From Octopus vulgaris (taxonomy: Eukaryota), in assembly GCA_951406725.2 (NCBI GenBank), contig OX597816.1, forward strand, positions 50,902,001-50,966,000: a stretch of DNA of 64,000 bases, in the 5' to 3' direction. Numbering within the stretch: the first letter of the stretch is position 1; the number at the start of each line of letters is the position of its first letter. The notes beneath the pieces are model-generated. The model did not search any database. It was given only the letters and a program-made list of their open reading frames with translations, and was not told where the DNA came from. A program made the position numbers and the translations under genes. Below are positions 15,340-27,441 of this stretch, piece by piece.

Positions 15340-15485
15340 ACCCTGGTGGCTGCCATGATTTCGGCGCAAAATGAATCAGTTCTAGCGCAGACTTCGACAG
15401 GAAGTGTTGGGACTTTCCATCATGGTAACACGAGCTGAAGAATCTGATGCTATTTTTGCCAGAGTAGAAATCGGTCTACGTGAGT
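15340..15485. promoter_or_regulatory. Promoter/enhancer-like island with ETS and NF-kB motifs
   Basis: CAGGAAGT at 15398-15405 lies 3 bp from a perfect GGGACTTTCC at 15409-15418. GC/CpG is locally higher. An ATG at 15422 is open to a C|GTGAGT donor at 15479/15480. Confidence 0.4.
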
Positions 15486-15672
15486 CTAAATACTTCTATG
15501 TACGTTGGGAGATTGTCATAGCCCGTTTGCCTTCGGGCGGTTGATTTCTGTAGTTATCATCAATGTATTTTAGCGTTTTAAATAAGAGTTTTGACTGTTA
15601 TTTCCAGCAGGTAGACATACTTAGTACGTCCTTCGATTAATTTTAATCCTTCAGCTAAACACAGGCACACAG

Positions 15673-15704
<32 letters not shown>

Positions 15705-15717
15705 GTATGTATGTATG

Positions 15718-15774
<57 letters not shown>

Positions 15775-17857
15775 TAGATAGATAGATAGATATGTGCGTG
15801 TGTGTGGTTGTGTGATTAAACGTTTATATGTATGTATTTCTCTATGTATGTATGATATTCACGTTTGTTGCATTTGAATTAAAGTAGACACGGAATTTCC
15901 TCTCACGTCTCCAATTTGAAAACTGAACAATCGCAGATGAAATACGGTTATGTGTATAAGTCTTTGAAGTCGGTAATATAAACACCGGTGATATTCAGAC
16001 TGTTATTCGTTTGCCTATTCTCTCTTTTCTGCTCTACTCAAACTACTTTCATTCTAATGAACAGAAATTCTCATATTACCAATCAAAAACATTATACAAA
16101 CTATGGTATTTACGCTCACAACATACTTTAATCTTTTCTTTAGATATTGTCATTCATCGAATATATGGGTCATCAATATCAACAATGTAAAGGTTATCTC
16201 TTAAAGACTTTCGCACCCAATAATTGTACAATTTTACATCTTTCAGACCATCCATTACTGACGCTGTTCAGTTTGCGACTTTAAAGCACGAAACTGAAAA
16301 ATGAACAAACCAACTCATCAATCACCTATACGATGTTAGTTGGTTGAATGAAGGATATTTATGTCAAGTAACTAATGAGCATTTGGCTATTAATGATAGA
16401 CTTACAACTCACTGTGTGAATTTATAGTTCTAAAACTTACCAGCCGCGATTCTATTCACTAATGCGATATATGAATAACATTCCCTGATAATTATGAGTT
16501 AAACTGGTCTAATAATTTCGTGAAACACATGAAATGAAGAAAAGTTCCGATGAGGAAATGTACAACGCTGTGCATGTTATATCAAAGAAATATATTTGTC
16601 TGAGATTCGCTAGTAAAGAATTGTCAAACAAGGAATGAACAATAAAATAAGTATGGAAAATCCATTGTTGTAGTACGAAATAAATATAACGATTACTTTA
16701 CATATATACATGAGCACATCTATTGTTGGTGTAATTTATTCTGTATTGATTGTGCCATAAAAACAGCGAGTTTATTTCACAAATGAAATATTATATATGA
16801 TCTTCTATAAAATCGTTAGCCCACTGGTGTGTAGCATCCCTTGACTGTTTCATCTACACCTCAATTTGATAGTGCTGCCCTGATTTTCTGCACATGAAGC
16901 ATATGACACCTAGCCTTTTCTTTAGCTTAACATTGTAACCCATTTCAATATATCAAACATCGTATTCTCCACTCGTTTCTCTTGCGTCGTTATCAGATAG
17001 GCAATTGAGTATAGATATATTTTCTTAAGAGACGTTAATGTACAGGTTTTATGCTGAATATAAGTTCCATTTGTTTAACGTATCACAGAAATGTTAGCTT
17101 TACTTCCACTTCTACTTGTTGAAATTGAACTTCAGGCATCGCATTATTCAGCCATATGATTATAAGAAGATTTAAGTGGGTGAGCGGGCAGAATCGTTAA
17201 CACGCCATGTAAAATGCTCACTCAGCGGCATTTTGTCCATCTTTAACGTTGTGACCGAATCCTGCCTTATTTTGCTTAACGTTTAATTCTTTTCGGTGTC
17301 AATAAACTAAGTACCAATTTAACACTGGTATCAATGTAATCAACTTAACCACTTCCACGAAATTGCGGGCCTTGTGCCAAAATTTGAAACTAATATAATT
17401 ATAATGAAATTTACAAGATTATTTCTTGTTTCTATACGCACAAACAAAAAAATTATCACTAAATGAAAAACCCAGTCATTAGGACATTCTTTTTTATCGA
17501 TTGTGCAGAAAGAAGTCTCAACGTCCAAGGATTTCGGTCACGGTAATATACAATATAGAGATGAGTGAAGAAAAGGTGATACTAAGAATCAGTCGCGGTA
17601 GGTAGGGGATGCTTATGCAAATAATTTGAATTAAGGATGTGTGTTACAAATAGGATGTGTGAAATCTAGAATTAAGACGCATATCAGACAGACGCTGTAA
17701 TTTATTGCTCGATAGTAATAAAATGACCTTTGTTTTTAATGCTAGAAAAGATGTATCTGTGTCTATTAGTAGCCGCATATCCGCTGTATTCCAGTGTGGG
17801 TTATACTTGTTCTTGTAGAGTTTCAGTCTCCGAATATAACTGAAGTATTATCAGTTA

Positions 17858-18381
17858 CATATACACAGAGAACGTAATGGAAGAGTGGCATGAGGTATCA
17901 TACATATGTGATGAAAGGACCATTCGAATTCCCAGCAAGCTGGTTGTTTACATAGAGAGGAGATATTTCCAGAGATATGAGTGATTTGAATTTTAAAATA
18001 GCTTATTTTTACTTGCCATAACATTATGCATACACGTATATGAAATGATTGCGAAAGACAGAGCTAGCATTTGTAACAGTTTTAGGTGTTTAATTGCCTC
18101 TTTGAAAAAAAGAAAGGAAAACAGAAAAAGTGAATCGTAATTCGAGAAGCGATATGATATCTGTGTCTTAGAATAAAGCTAGTGTATCACTTTATAAATT
18201 AGTGAATACAGCCAGGGTGCGTCAGGAATTATAAAGTTAGAGCGTTTTAGACGTGTGATGTATCATATACTCACTGAACATAATGGAAGAGTGGGATGAG
18301 GTATCATACATATTTGCTGTGAAGACCATTCGAATTCCCAGCAAGCTGGTCGTTTATATAGAGATGACAGATTTCCAGAGA
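17858..18381. repeat. Diverged ~115 bp direct duplication
   Basis: 17858-17975 and 18264-18381 share AATGGAAGAGTGG.ATGAGGTATCATACATAT...GACCATTCGAATTCCCAGCAAGCTGGT without indels. Confidence 0.9.
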
Positions 18382-20458
18382 GATATTGGAAACATGTCAT
18401 ATCGATGTTTACAGAATGTGTGTCAGTGGTCCCTTTAGTGCTTGTTTGATATTATTGTTTGTCTCTGAAGATGCTATGATTGTCACGCAAGTGCTAGAGA
18501 GTAAAGGAATTACCCTACAGCAATGCTTTCCTCAAATTACTAACGATTAAAAGATAATTTGGCCTAAGAACCGGGAGAATATATCCAGTTGATCTGGTGA
18601 TATATTCTATTGATCACTGTAAAGGAAGACTAATTGTAATGTTTACATAACATCCTTATTAATGAATAATTCTTTCACTGCTTTCGACAGTCAGGAATGT
18701 AGAGCAAAAGCGAAAAGCGATCAGGTAAAGTGAAAAGCGACCAGGAAGATTAAAACTGAAACGTGTAGCAAAACGATAACTTTGTAGCATATACTTTTAG
18801 CTGTACGTACTAATCAAGCAGAATGTCTTGGGAAGCGACCATTTTCAGCATTCATTGATCAGAATGCATACATTGATGTTCCTCTACTTGTTCTAAAGCC
18901 AAATTAAGTGGAAATTTACCTCGTCTACACTACTCAAAAAGGTAAACGTTCACTTCATTTTCTTGCATAAATATATATTTCAAAAATCATATTTTAAAAT
19001 TGAAGATCTAATTAACTTACAGAGTTATTAACAATTCAAAAATTTTATTGTACTATCATTTGTGAAATAATTTACATAGTATGTCTTTACACATATCTTT
19101 TGCTTTCTAAATATCTTTAACAGGTGCTATGTTATGGCGATATATACCCAACTGATCATTATTGCTCGCTTGAACCTGCGTTTTTAATAATATTTAATAC
19201 AGTGAAATAAAACTCCACAACACATAGCACATCGTATTGCAAATTATTATTATCACGAAAAATAGCAGTCAGATGACTATTTTAAAATATATAACTAGTC
19301 AAATCATGAAAGCAATAAAATAATCTGTTAAAAGTTCGCCGATACAAGAAAATGAAAACTTGGAGTTCAAAACAAAATACGAATTTTGAATTGAATCAAT
19401 ACTTGATGAATAAACAGCTGCTTTACTTTAGCATGAAATGCTTAATGCTGTAGAAATTTCAATTAGGAAAGAAAACAAAAACAGGACCCTCATTGTAAAA
19501 GCGGAATAAATGATTGATGTGTCATTTGTTCTGATTTTTCCAGTAGATAATTGACGGTGATCTATATGAATTTACATTTATAAACTTGTGTGATATAATC
19601 TCATATCTATATCATTATATAACGATAATTAGGCATTATTTTATAATGGAAGGAGAAATATAATAGACTGAGTCTTACCTTACGAAAAATAACAAATCAA
19701 ATGTCTCTGTAAAGAAATTTTAATGTACATACAATTTTTATGTATAAAAAATAATCTATGTAGAATGTAAACGAGTGCACGTTAGACATCAAATTACATC
19801 CGAACTGTTTGCTGCAAGATAGCATCCGATTAAATAATAGAAAAAAATACCCTTAAATGCACACGTTAATGATCTATTCGTGAAACACAGTTTTACAGCA
19901 TGTACAACGGTTGGTAGGAAACATAAGACAAGCATTAACGAAAATGTATTGTTTAAATTATTTCTTTAAATCAAATTTCATATTTGCAAATGATGAAAGG
20001 CAACTGAAAAGAAAAGCATATGCTATATTTTTTCTGTAATGTAGTAGTTCATAATTAGAAATATTTTAAATATGAATACCCCTTAAAGAATACAAGCTAT
20101 ATAGTATATCAGAATCATCTCCATGAGATAATGAAAAACTGCAGGATATTCCAAGACCAACAGTTGCATCTACTTAGATTTTCTAGCTAAAACAAAGTAA
20201 GATAGAAATCGAGAGATTCATTACGCTAAAATATAAAATCAAATTACTACATAGAGATTCTTACTAAAAATCAAGAAAATTTTGAAGCTCTAGCAGGTAA
20301 TGCACTTCAAGATATGATGGTATCTATGGTTACGATAAAATTATAATGTTTTGAAATAGTAACAACAATAACATATTTGCGGAAAATATTAACGGTTTCA
20401 GATATGTAATATATGACAAAAATCGAAGTTTTCAGGACAATATCAATAATAATAATAA

Positions 20459-20523
<65 letters not shown>

Positions 20524-20549
20524 ACAATGATAGTAATTGATACAGTGCT

Positions 20550-21122
20550 TGATGCCCGGACGCAATACTTTGATGCCACGATGCAGTACCAGGTACTCGC
20601 TGTCATGGCTGCCAATCTTAATTGATTGAAAGTGATATCATGTACATTATTTTGTCTTTGTATCAAAGATGGGCCACAACAAATATTCGGCTCAATATCA
20701 CAGATTTGTTTGTCAGTTGTTTGACCATAACCAGTTGAGCATGTCTCTTTGTGGCTGGCAAAATGTGCATATCTGATCAGGAGTAGAAGTGGTGTGGGAT
20801 CATCATAACCGTTTGTTGAAAGGAATTCGTTAGATTTGGATAATTCACCTCTGGAAACATGGGTTTTCGTTCAACAACCTTCAACAACCCTTATTCAGGG
20901 TTTTGAGCGGGTTGGGCTACTCGACCAGAAGAAAATTGTAACAGGGTCCACCTGTAAGGACATGCGCTGTTTATTTTGATATGAGGTCACCAATTTGCGC
21001 ACACATTGTTGTGATGCATGCGCCTGATGTATCTTTATCAGGCGGGTAGTCATGGTGGGTAAACTGGGCTTTGTATATTTTACCCCAGTGTCACTTTCAT
21101 AGCATTCACAACTCTCTCACTC

Positions 21123-21198
<76 letters not shown>
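20550..21198 (+). mobile_element. Diverged copy of the ~555 bp element with (AAT)n tail
   Basis: Reverse complement of the 9723-11930 unit, ending CTCTCACTC followed by a long (AAT)n tract. Confidence 0.85.
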
Positions 21199-21201
<3 letters not shown>

Positions 21202-21289
21202 TGAAGAAGAAGAAGAAGAAGAAGAAGAAGAAGAAGAAGAAGAAGAAGAAGAAGAAGAAGAAGAAGAAGAAGAAGAATGATTTCAAATA

Positions 21290-21697
21290 GCGGAAGATTG
21301 GAGAAGAGTTTATGTCGATTTCATCGACCTTCAGTACTCCACCGGTATGTAATTTATCGATCTCAAAAGGATGGAAGGTAAAGTCCATCTTCGAATTTGA
21401 ATTTAGAACGTAGAAACGGGCGAAATACCGCTAAGCATTTTGCGAGTCGTGCCAACGATTCTCCGAGCTCGCCACTTTAGCAGCAACAAGTAATAATCGT
21501 TTGTTCTAAAGGCACAAGAAACGAAATCTTTAAAGATAAAACTAGTAGATTAAACTGATCCCAGGGTTTTAGTGGTTCTTAATTTATCGACACCGAAATA
21601 GTAAAATGCAACGTCGATCTCGGTGGAATTTGAACTTAGAACATAAATACGGACCAAGTAATTCGCTCGGCATGTTAAAATCTCTGCCAGCTCGCCA
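21290..21697 (-). mobile_element. SINE family A, two minus copies
   Basis: Two consecutive reverse-complement matches, each ending in GCTCGCCAC. Confidence 0.7.
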
Positions 21698-23230
21698 CAT
21701 TCGCAACAACATTAATAATAAGAACAATAATGGGCACAGTGACAATGACAACAAAAAATAGCGAAAATTATGATGATGAGAACGGCGATGATGATGATGA
21801 TAAAGATGATGATGAAAATGAAGCCTATGATGATGGTGATGATGATGATAATGATGATGACCAAAACGACGACATTACAGTTCATATTTGAAAGTGGAAT
21901 GAGGAAGAGAGCACAGGAAGAGGAAAATGAATTTGATGAGAATAGCCTTAATGAATAGCAAAATTTCCGGAAAAATTTGATGAAAAATTAATGTAAAGGA
22001 ACGAGAGGCCACGGTGTTAGTTGATTTGTAGACAGATTTTGCGAGGCTATAAAATTAACATAAAAATATGGACACTGTGTTATATCGGGAATATCTAAAC
22101 ACAAAATTACAACGGTAACTATAACCAAATGTTGACTTTAGTTAGTTTTCCTAGATTTAGGAAAACACCCTAGATCAGTTAATTATGTTTGTTTTCAAAA
22201 TGCTCCTGTCTCAGATTTACACACTTAGTTCAGATATCCTTCAGTTTTTTCTCAGCGCAGTAAAAGAACTCCTAAGCGTAGCAATGATTTAAGCCACTTG
22301 GACATTTGGTAGCAGTGCAAACTGTAAGCAAAAACAAGTTAAATTAGAAGAAATACATCACGTAAGAATAACAAGTATTTGGGAAACATATGAAGGATCT
22401 CAGAGTGAAAACAGAAAACCCGCTAAATTTTTTTAAAATATAAATAAAAAAATTTAGACCCAAACCTAGTATGTCTATGGTATAGAACTGCGTATCCGCT
22501 GTTCTTGAAGAAAATATCAGAACTTAGGATACCATGCTGAAGTTAGCGAATTATTCGGAGGAGAAATTTCAGAAAAATATCTCTGAAAAATAGTTGAATA
22601 TTAAGCCAGCTTCTAGTTTAAAATCCTCAAATGTGGGAGTATAAAAGTGAAAAATTTCATGATGGCGTCAATTATCATTGCGTTCTTGCATAAGAAAGAA
22701 CTTGAGCACAAAACTTTGAAAAGTTTTTTGAATTCAAAGTACGAACAGATACGAAAAGTATAAAGATATATAAAAATATACCGTAAAGAAATATATTCCA
22801 TACAGACTTCATAAAATGTCCATTTTCTCGAACAAATTGCACCTCGAGGAAAAATTCATAATTAAACAATGTTAAACAATAATAAAATGATGAACAGAAA
22901 AGCAATAATAAATGAAATTTTCTGCCTCACGCACACGAACAATTTTGAGGTGTGAGAATAGTTGATTAGATTGTCCTCAGACTAGTATTAATATTATATC
23001 ATATGGATAACACGGCAAACTTGCACAATCGTTAGTATGCCGTGTAAAATGCTTAGCAGTCTTTCGTCCGTCTTTATGTTCTGCCGAGATCGAATTTCCC
23101 TTTCATTATTTCAGGATCGAGAAAATAAGTCCCAGTTGAACACGGAGGTCGATTTAACTCTCTCCTCTGATATTGCTAGACTTGTGCCAAAATTTGAAAC
23201 TAATATTATATTATAGTTCTATATTTAAAT

Positions 23231-23543
23231 TATTTGCATTTGACGGATATTTATCCTCATCTTGTTTGTTGTTAACGCAGCGTTTCGGCTTATATACTCC
23301 GGGCAAATGGCGTAGTGGTTAAGAGCGAGGGCTACTAACCCCAACATTCCGAGTTCGATTCCAGGCAGTGACCAGAATAATAATAATAATAATGATAATA
23401 ATAATAATAACAACAACATCATCGAATAAGAACCATGGATCGAAATTTCCCTAAGACATCTGATGAAGGCTGGACAGTATACCAGCGGAAACGTTGTGTT
23501 GACAACAAAGAAGATGAGGACAAATATCCGTCAAATGTAAATA
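23231..23543 (+). mobile_element. tRNA-headed, hammerhead-tailed SINE-like element with 5' inverted copy of its 3' end
   Basis: A box TGGCGTAGTGG at 23308-23318, anticodon arm GGGG-CTACTAA-CCCC, B box GAGTTCGATTCC at 23351-23362, an (AAT)n spacer, and a hammerhead at 23455-23500. 23231-23300 is the reverse complement of ~23472-23543. Confidence 0.85.
23455..23500 (+). ncRNA. Type I hammerhead ribozyme
   Basis: gacat-CTGATGA-a-ggctgg[acagtata]ccagcg-GAAA-cg-TT-gtgtt, with palindromic stem III AACGTT and a GUU site. The inverted copy (AGCCGAAACG) suggests a consensus stem II of GGCTG/CAGCC. Confidence 0.75.
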
Positions 23544-23770
23544 TTATATTTTATTGATAGGGCGGTGAGTTGCAGAATCGGTAGCACGCCGAGCAAAATG
23601 GTTAGTGCTGTTTTGTCCATCCTAATGATTTGCGTACAGTTTTCGCTGAGGCCGACTTTGCCTTTTATCCTTTCGGGATCGATAAATAACACCACTTGAA
23701 CTCTGGATTTACTACCATGCCATTCCCACGTCGGTATTGCTTGTCTTTTGCCCAAATTTTAAAACAATAT

Positions 23771-23965
23771 TACAAGTAGGTGCTGAAAACTTCCTGGATC
23801 AGTTAATTATGTTTGTTTTCAACATGCCCCTGTCTCAGATTCACACACTTATTGCAGGTGTCCTCCTGTTTTTCTCAGCCCAGTAAAAGAACTGCTAAAC
23901 TTGGTCTTCCAACCAGGCATCGCATGATACTCTTAAAACCAGGAATTGTTCAGCATGACCTCGTA
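23771..23965. mobile_element. Mariner-derived MITE
   Basis: Imperfect TIRs TACAAGTAGGTGCTGAAAACTTCCTGG / CCAGGAATTGTTCAGCATGACCTCGTA with TA flanks. The interior is antisense to the mariner 3' end (cf. 7385-7480). A partial copy lies at ~22173-22275. Confidence 0.75.
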
Positions 23966-24472
23966 TATTATATAGAACATCAGATTTGAAAATTATTCAT
24001 GAGGCGAAAAAAAATATATATATTAGTGTGCTTTATCCAGAATAGATTTATATTCGGCCTAAAACAAATTCCAAATATATGGTAATCAGTAATCTGCTCA
24101 TTATAAAACACAATTAACATAATACTGAACACAAAAACGTGTGGAATTACTCACTACATTGTGCTAGCGTTCTTTCCTAGCTACCCTTATCCATTAAAAT
24201 TTTCCCAGTTGAAAGCCACTCGATGAATTTGCAGTATTTTTGTTAATTTCACAAATTATTGAACAAATTTACTATAGACTTGCACTAATTTTTCCTCAAA
24301 TCTTTAATTCCTTAGTTCAAAATTTATAAAGGAAACACACAAAAATGAGTGCCTGGGTATGGACGAAAGATAACTAAATGCTTATTTACATTCCTCTCAG
24401 ATTTTTGTACAATACGACGTTATATTTCGCATGATATTCATGATGTTTTAAACCAGAACGTAATGAAATCAC

Positions 24473-24544
<72 letters not shown>

Positions 24545-25269
24545 TGCTGCAGCAGCAGCAGCAGCAGCAATAGAAGCAATATCACAGTAGCAATAGTGGT
24601 AGTAGTAGTTTAAAAGGAGGAGTAGGAGGAATAAAATAATTTTAAACAGTAGTTGATGATGATGATGATGATGATAATTCTGATCATCATTATCATCATC
24701 ATGGCGATGGTAGTGATGGTGGTAATGATGGTAATCTTCTTGTTGTCCTTGGTAGTGGTGATGATAAAATGAGGATTTTGATATTGAGTTTGATAAAGGG
24801 GTGATTACTGACATTTTCATAATGATTCTTTCTTTCTATATATATATTAAAGGTTTGGAAACTCTATATACTTGTCCATGGATTAAATTTAATCTAGCAA
24901 CTGACCTTCTTACTTATAAATACTAAAATAATTTGCAGCTTGTAATAATCTATCAGTTTACTGACAAAAGCCTGTTATTTTTGCGCGAATGCTGTTTATT
25001 TCCTTATGAACTAATTTCATACATTAATCATCGCAGCACAACATACGGCAAAATAGCCATCAATTACGCAGCCTACTTGAATTTACAAATCTTTCTCGTT
25101 TCCTTCCAACCACTCGAAAAATTTTAAATTTTCAATGGATTGTTCGAATTTTTCATACTGATGTAGTTTTACCATGATGAAGAAATCGCAGTAAATGTTT
25201 TCAAAAATGAATAATAAAGAAGTTAGAAGCATTTAATTATATGTTATTTTAGACACTGCAGAACTATGA

Positions 25270-25630
25270 GTGTCACCACGCTGTTTATCCTCTCGCCTGT
25301 GACAGGTCCGTGTGCTTTCTCCTTGTTGGGTATGGGTTCCATACTACAGCGAAATCGGTGCGTTGTTATTTTAGGAATATGCGAGTATGTGAAGTACAGG
25401 TCACCGTAAATAGTCATCCTCGGTAGAACTGATTATCGAATGCAATCTGCAAGTGCATCACGATATCGAGAAGGCAGAGCGAAAAGAGAAACAAAATTTC
25501 TCGAATCTCACGTTACACGACGCTGGAAAGCCACTGTTCAGGTAGCATTTGCACCCCAATTCTTGTATTTTCTTCTCAAAAATAGAGTTTCGTCTATTTC
25601 AACAATTCCTCTGGAACCAACCTAAATCTT
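25270..25630 (-). mobile_element. Decayed Merlin (IS1595/ISXO2-like) transposase
   Basis: Minus strand reads VGSRGIVEIDETLFLRRKY, QMLPEQW, LFALPSRYRDALADCIR*SVLPRMTIYGD and PVTGERINSV. These match the VEIDE / QW.FGG / I.PG..I.SD / DP.TG.HTN motifs of this family. Confidence 0.8.
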
Positions 25631-27309
25631 CATAGGATTATAGATTCTTCTGCTCGTATCTACCGTAAATCAATGTTATACTCTACAGTGATAGTAGTGA
25701 CATATATCCCCAATTCTTTGTTATAAAACCTAGTAGTTGTCCAACGGTATGCTGGAGTTGCCATGACAACAAAAGTGTCCTCACTGCTGAAGACACTGGC
25801 TTAAAATACGTTGGATAAAATATGTAAATTTAAATGCCTTGAAGTTATTTATTATAAATTTTCCAAAATAATAGTTTCAAAGTCCAACAAGTTGGGCGGA
25901 TAGAGTAAGTTGGTTACATCGACCCTAGTGTTTAAGTGGTAGTTATTTCATCGAACCTAAAAAGATGAATGGCAAATTTGATCTCAGCAGAATTTGAACA
26001 TAGAAGATAAGGACGGACAAAATGTTACTAAGCATTTTGCTCGACGTGCGAGAGAGTCTGCCGCTCGCTGTATTAATTTTCCGGTATAATAGCGGCGATA
26101 TTCGTCACTAGCACATAAAACTGTATCAAAAGCAAATTTTTGGAAACTTTTCAGATTAAGATTTATAGTTGGAAGAAAAGGAAAGAAGATTCGAGTTTAT
26201 TATCGTGAAATAATTAAAGTTTTAATAGTATCTGTAAGGAAGCCAGGAGTGTCATACGAACACTGCATCACGTCAAAACTTTTTGGTAATATATTTTAAA
26301 GGAAGCTGTCAGTCTCAGTCGGTCTAGCTTCGCAGTCAACCTGGAGAACGCAAGTCGACGTTTATATTTTTTGAAAGCTCAATTCTCATTTAAGCGTCAA
26401 ATTTTGACCTTTCTTATATTTATTTCCTTCGTTCTTACAATAGATGTCTCACATATGTCATATTTTGTTCTCAGTACATTACAGTTTAGTCTACAACATG
26501 AGCGCTTAGGAATATCGCTACCAATTGATTTCGTTACTAGAATTTTATAACGAATAACTGATGTCTCAGCAAGAATTTCGAGTCCTAAAAGAAAGTAACT
26601 GAAAACAGCCGAACATATTGTTCAATGCGCTAGTTTGTGTGAATTAATAGTTCTAGTCTAATAGTGAAATAAAGCATTAATAGCAAATTAATGATTTGGG
26701 ATCTAATTTACCATAAAAATCAAGTGGGCAAACCAAACAGTACCCAAGTTGGAAAATCTCATGTATATCTCAAGCGGTTGTATAATGAAACAAAGTTTAT
26801 GTAAGACAAAATTCCAACGACATCTGGATACCAGAATAAAATGGGATTACTTACTTTGGTTCCATCTCTTCAGCTCTGCAAAAATTGATTTTCCAGATCC
26901 TCACTCCTCAAATTGTAAACCTCTCCATTTTATTTTCTGCATGAAAACCGTCGCTATACTTGCAGCTGCTGTTTTCTTCTCCTTCTTCCAATCAGGACTT
27001 ACGCCATTAGCCACAAAGAATAATCTCTAATTCGAGCCTACTCTAAGCTACTAAGAATGCGTGTGGCAATTTGAAGAACTACCCACCACAGGCGATAGAC
27101 TGGCGTGTGCACGGGCGCGAAAGCTACGTTATCTTCATTCTGTAAACGGTGGCTTTTAACGGATGGAGAGCTGAAACATCCTGGAGTACAGAGGATTCGC
27201 AATCTAGACTAGTGTCTGTAAGTTTACCACACCATTGTGGGTTACACCATTGTTCCTTCTAGAGGGAAAGCAAGTTGTGGTTAAAGAGTACAGTTGGTTT
27301 CACAACCAC

Positions 27310-27441
27310 TTCCCGCCGGAGCCTCGTAGAGCTTAGGTGTTTTTGCTCAATAAATACTCACAATGCCCGATCTGGGAATTGAAACCGCGTTCTTACGACT
27401 GCGCGTTCGCTGGCCTTACCACTGGGCTACTGCGCCTCCAC
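27310..27441 (-). mobile_element. Head of tRNA(Arg)-like SINE
   Basis: Reverse complement of the 61025 head (GGAGGCGCAGTAGCCCAGTGGTAAGG...GGTTTCAATTCCCAGA). Confidence 0.75.

Noticed and set aside
19094-19180. VLCYGDIYPT after an acceptor, resembling a K+ channel GYGD filter
   Set aside because: It lacks the TxGYG glycine and pore helix, and no other channel exons were found.
23301-23373. tRNA gene call (also at 61025-61097)
   Set aside because: There is no proper acceptor stem and the sequence is embedded in multicopy elements, so these are SINE heads rather than tRNAs.
25440-25625. ORF MQSASASRYREG... with an apparent splice donor
   Set aside because: It is antisense to the Merlin transposase relic.
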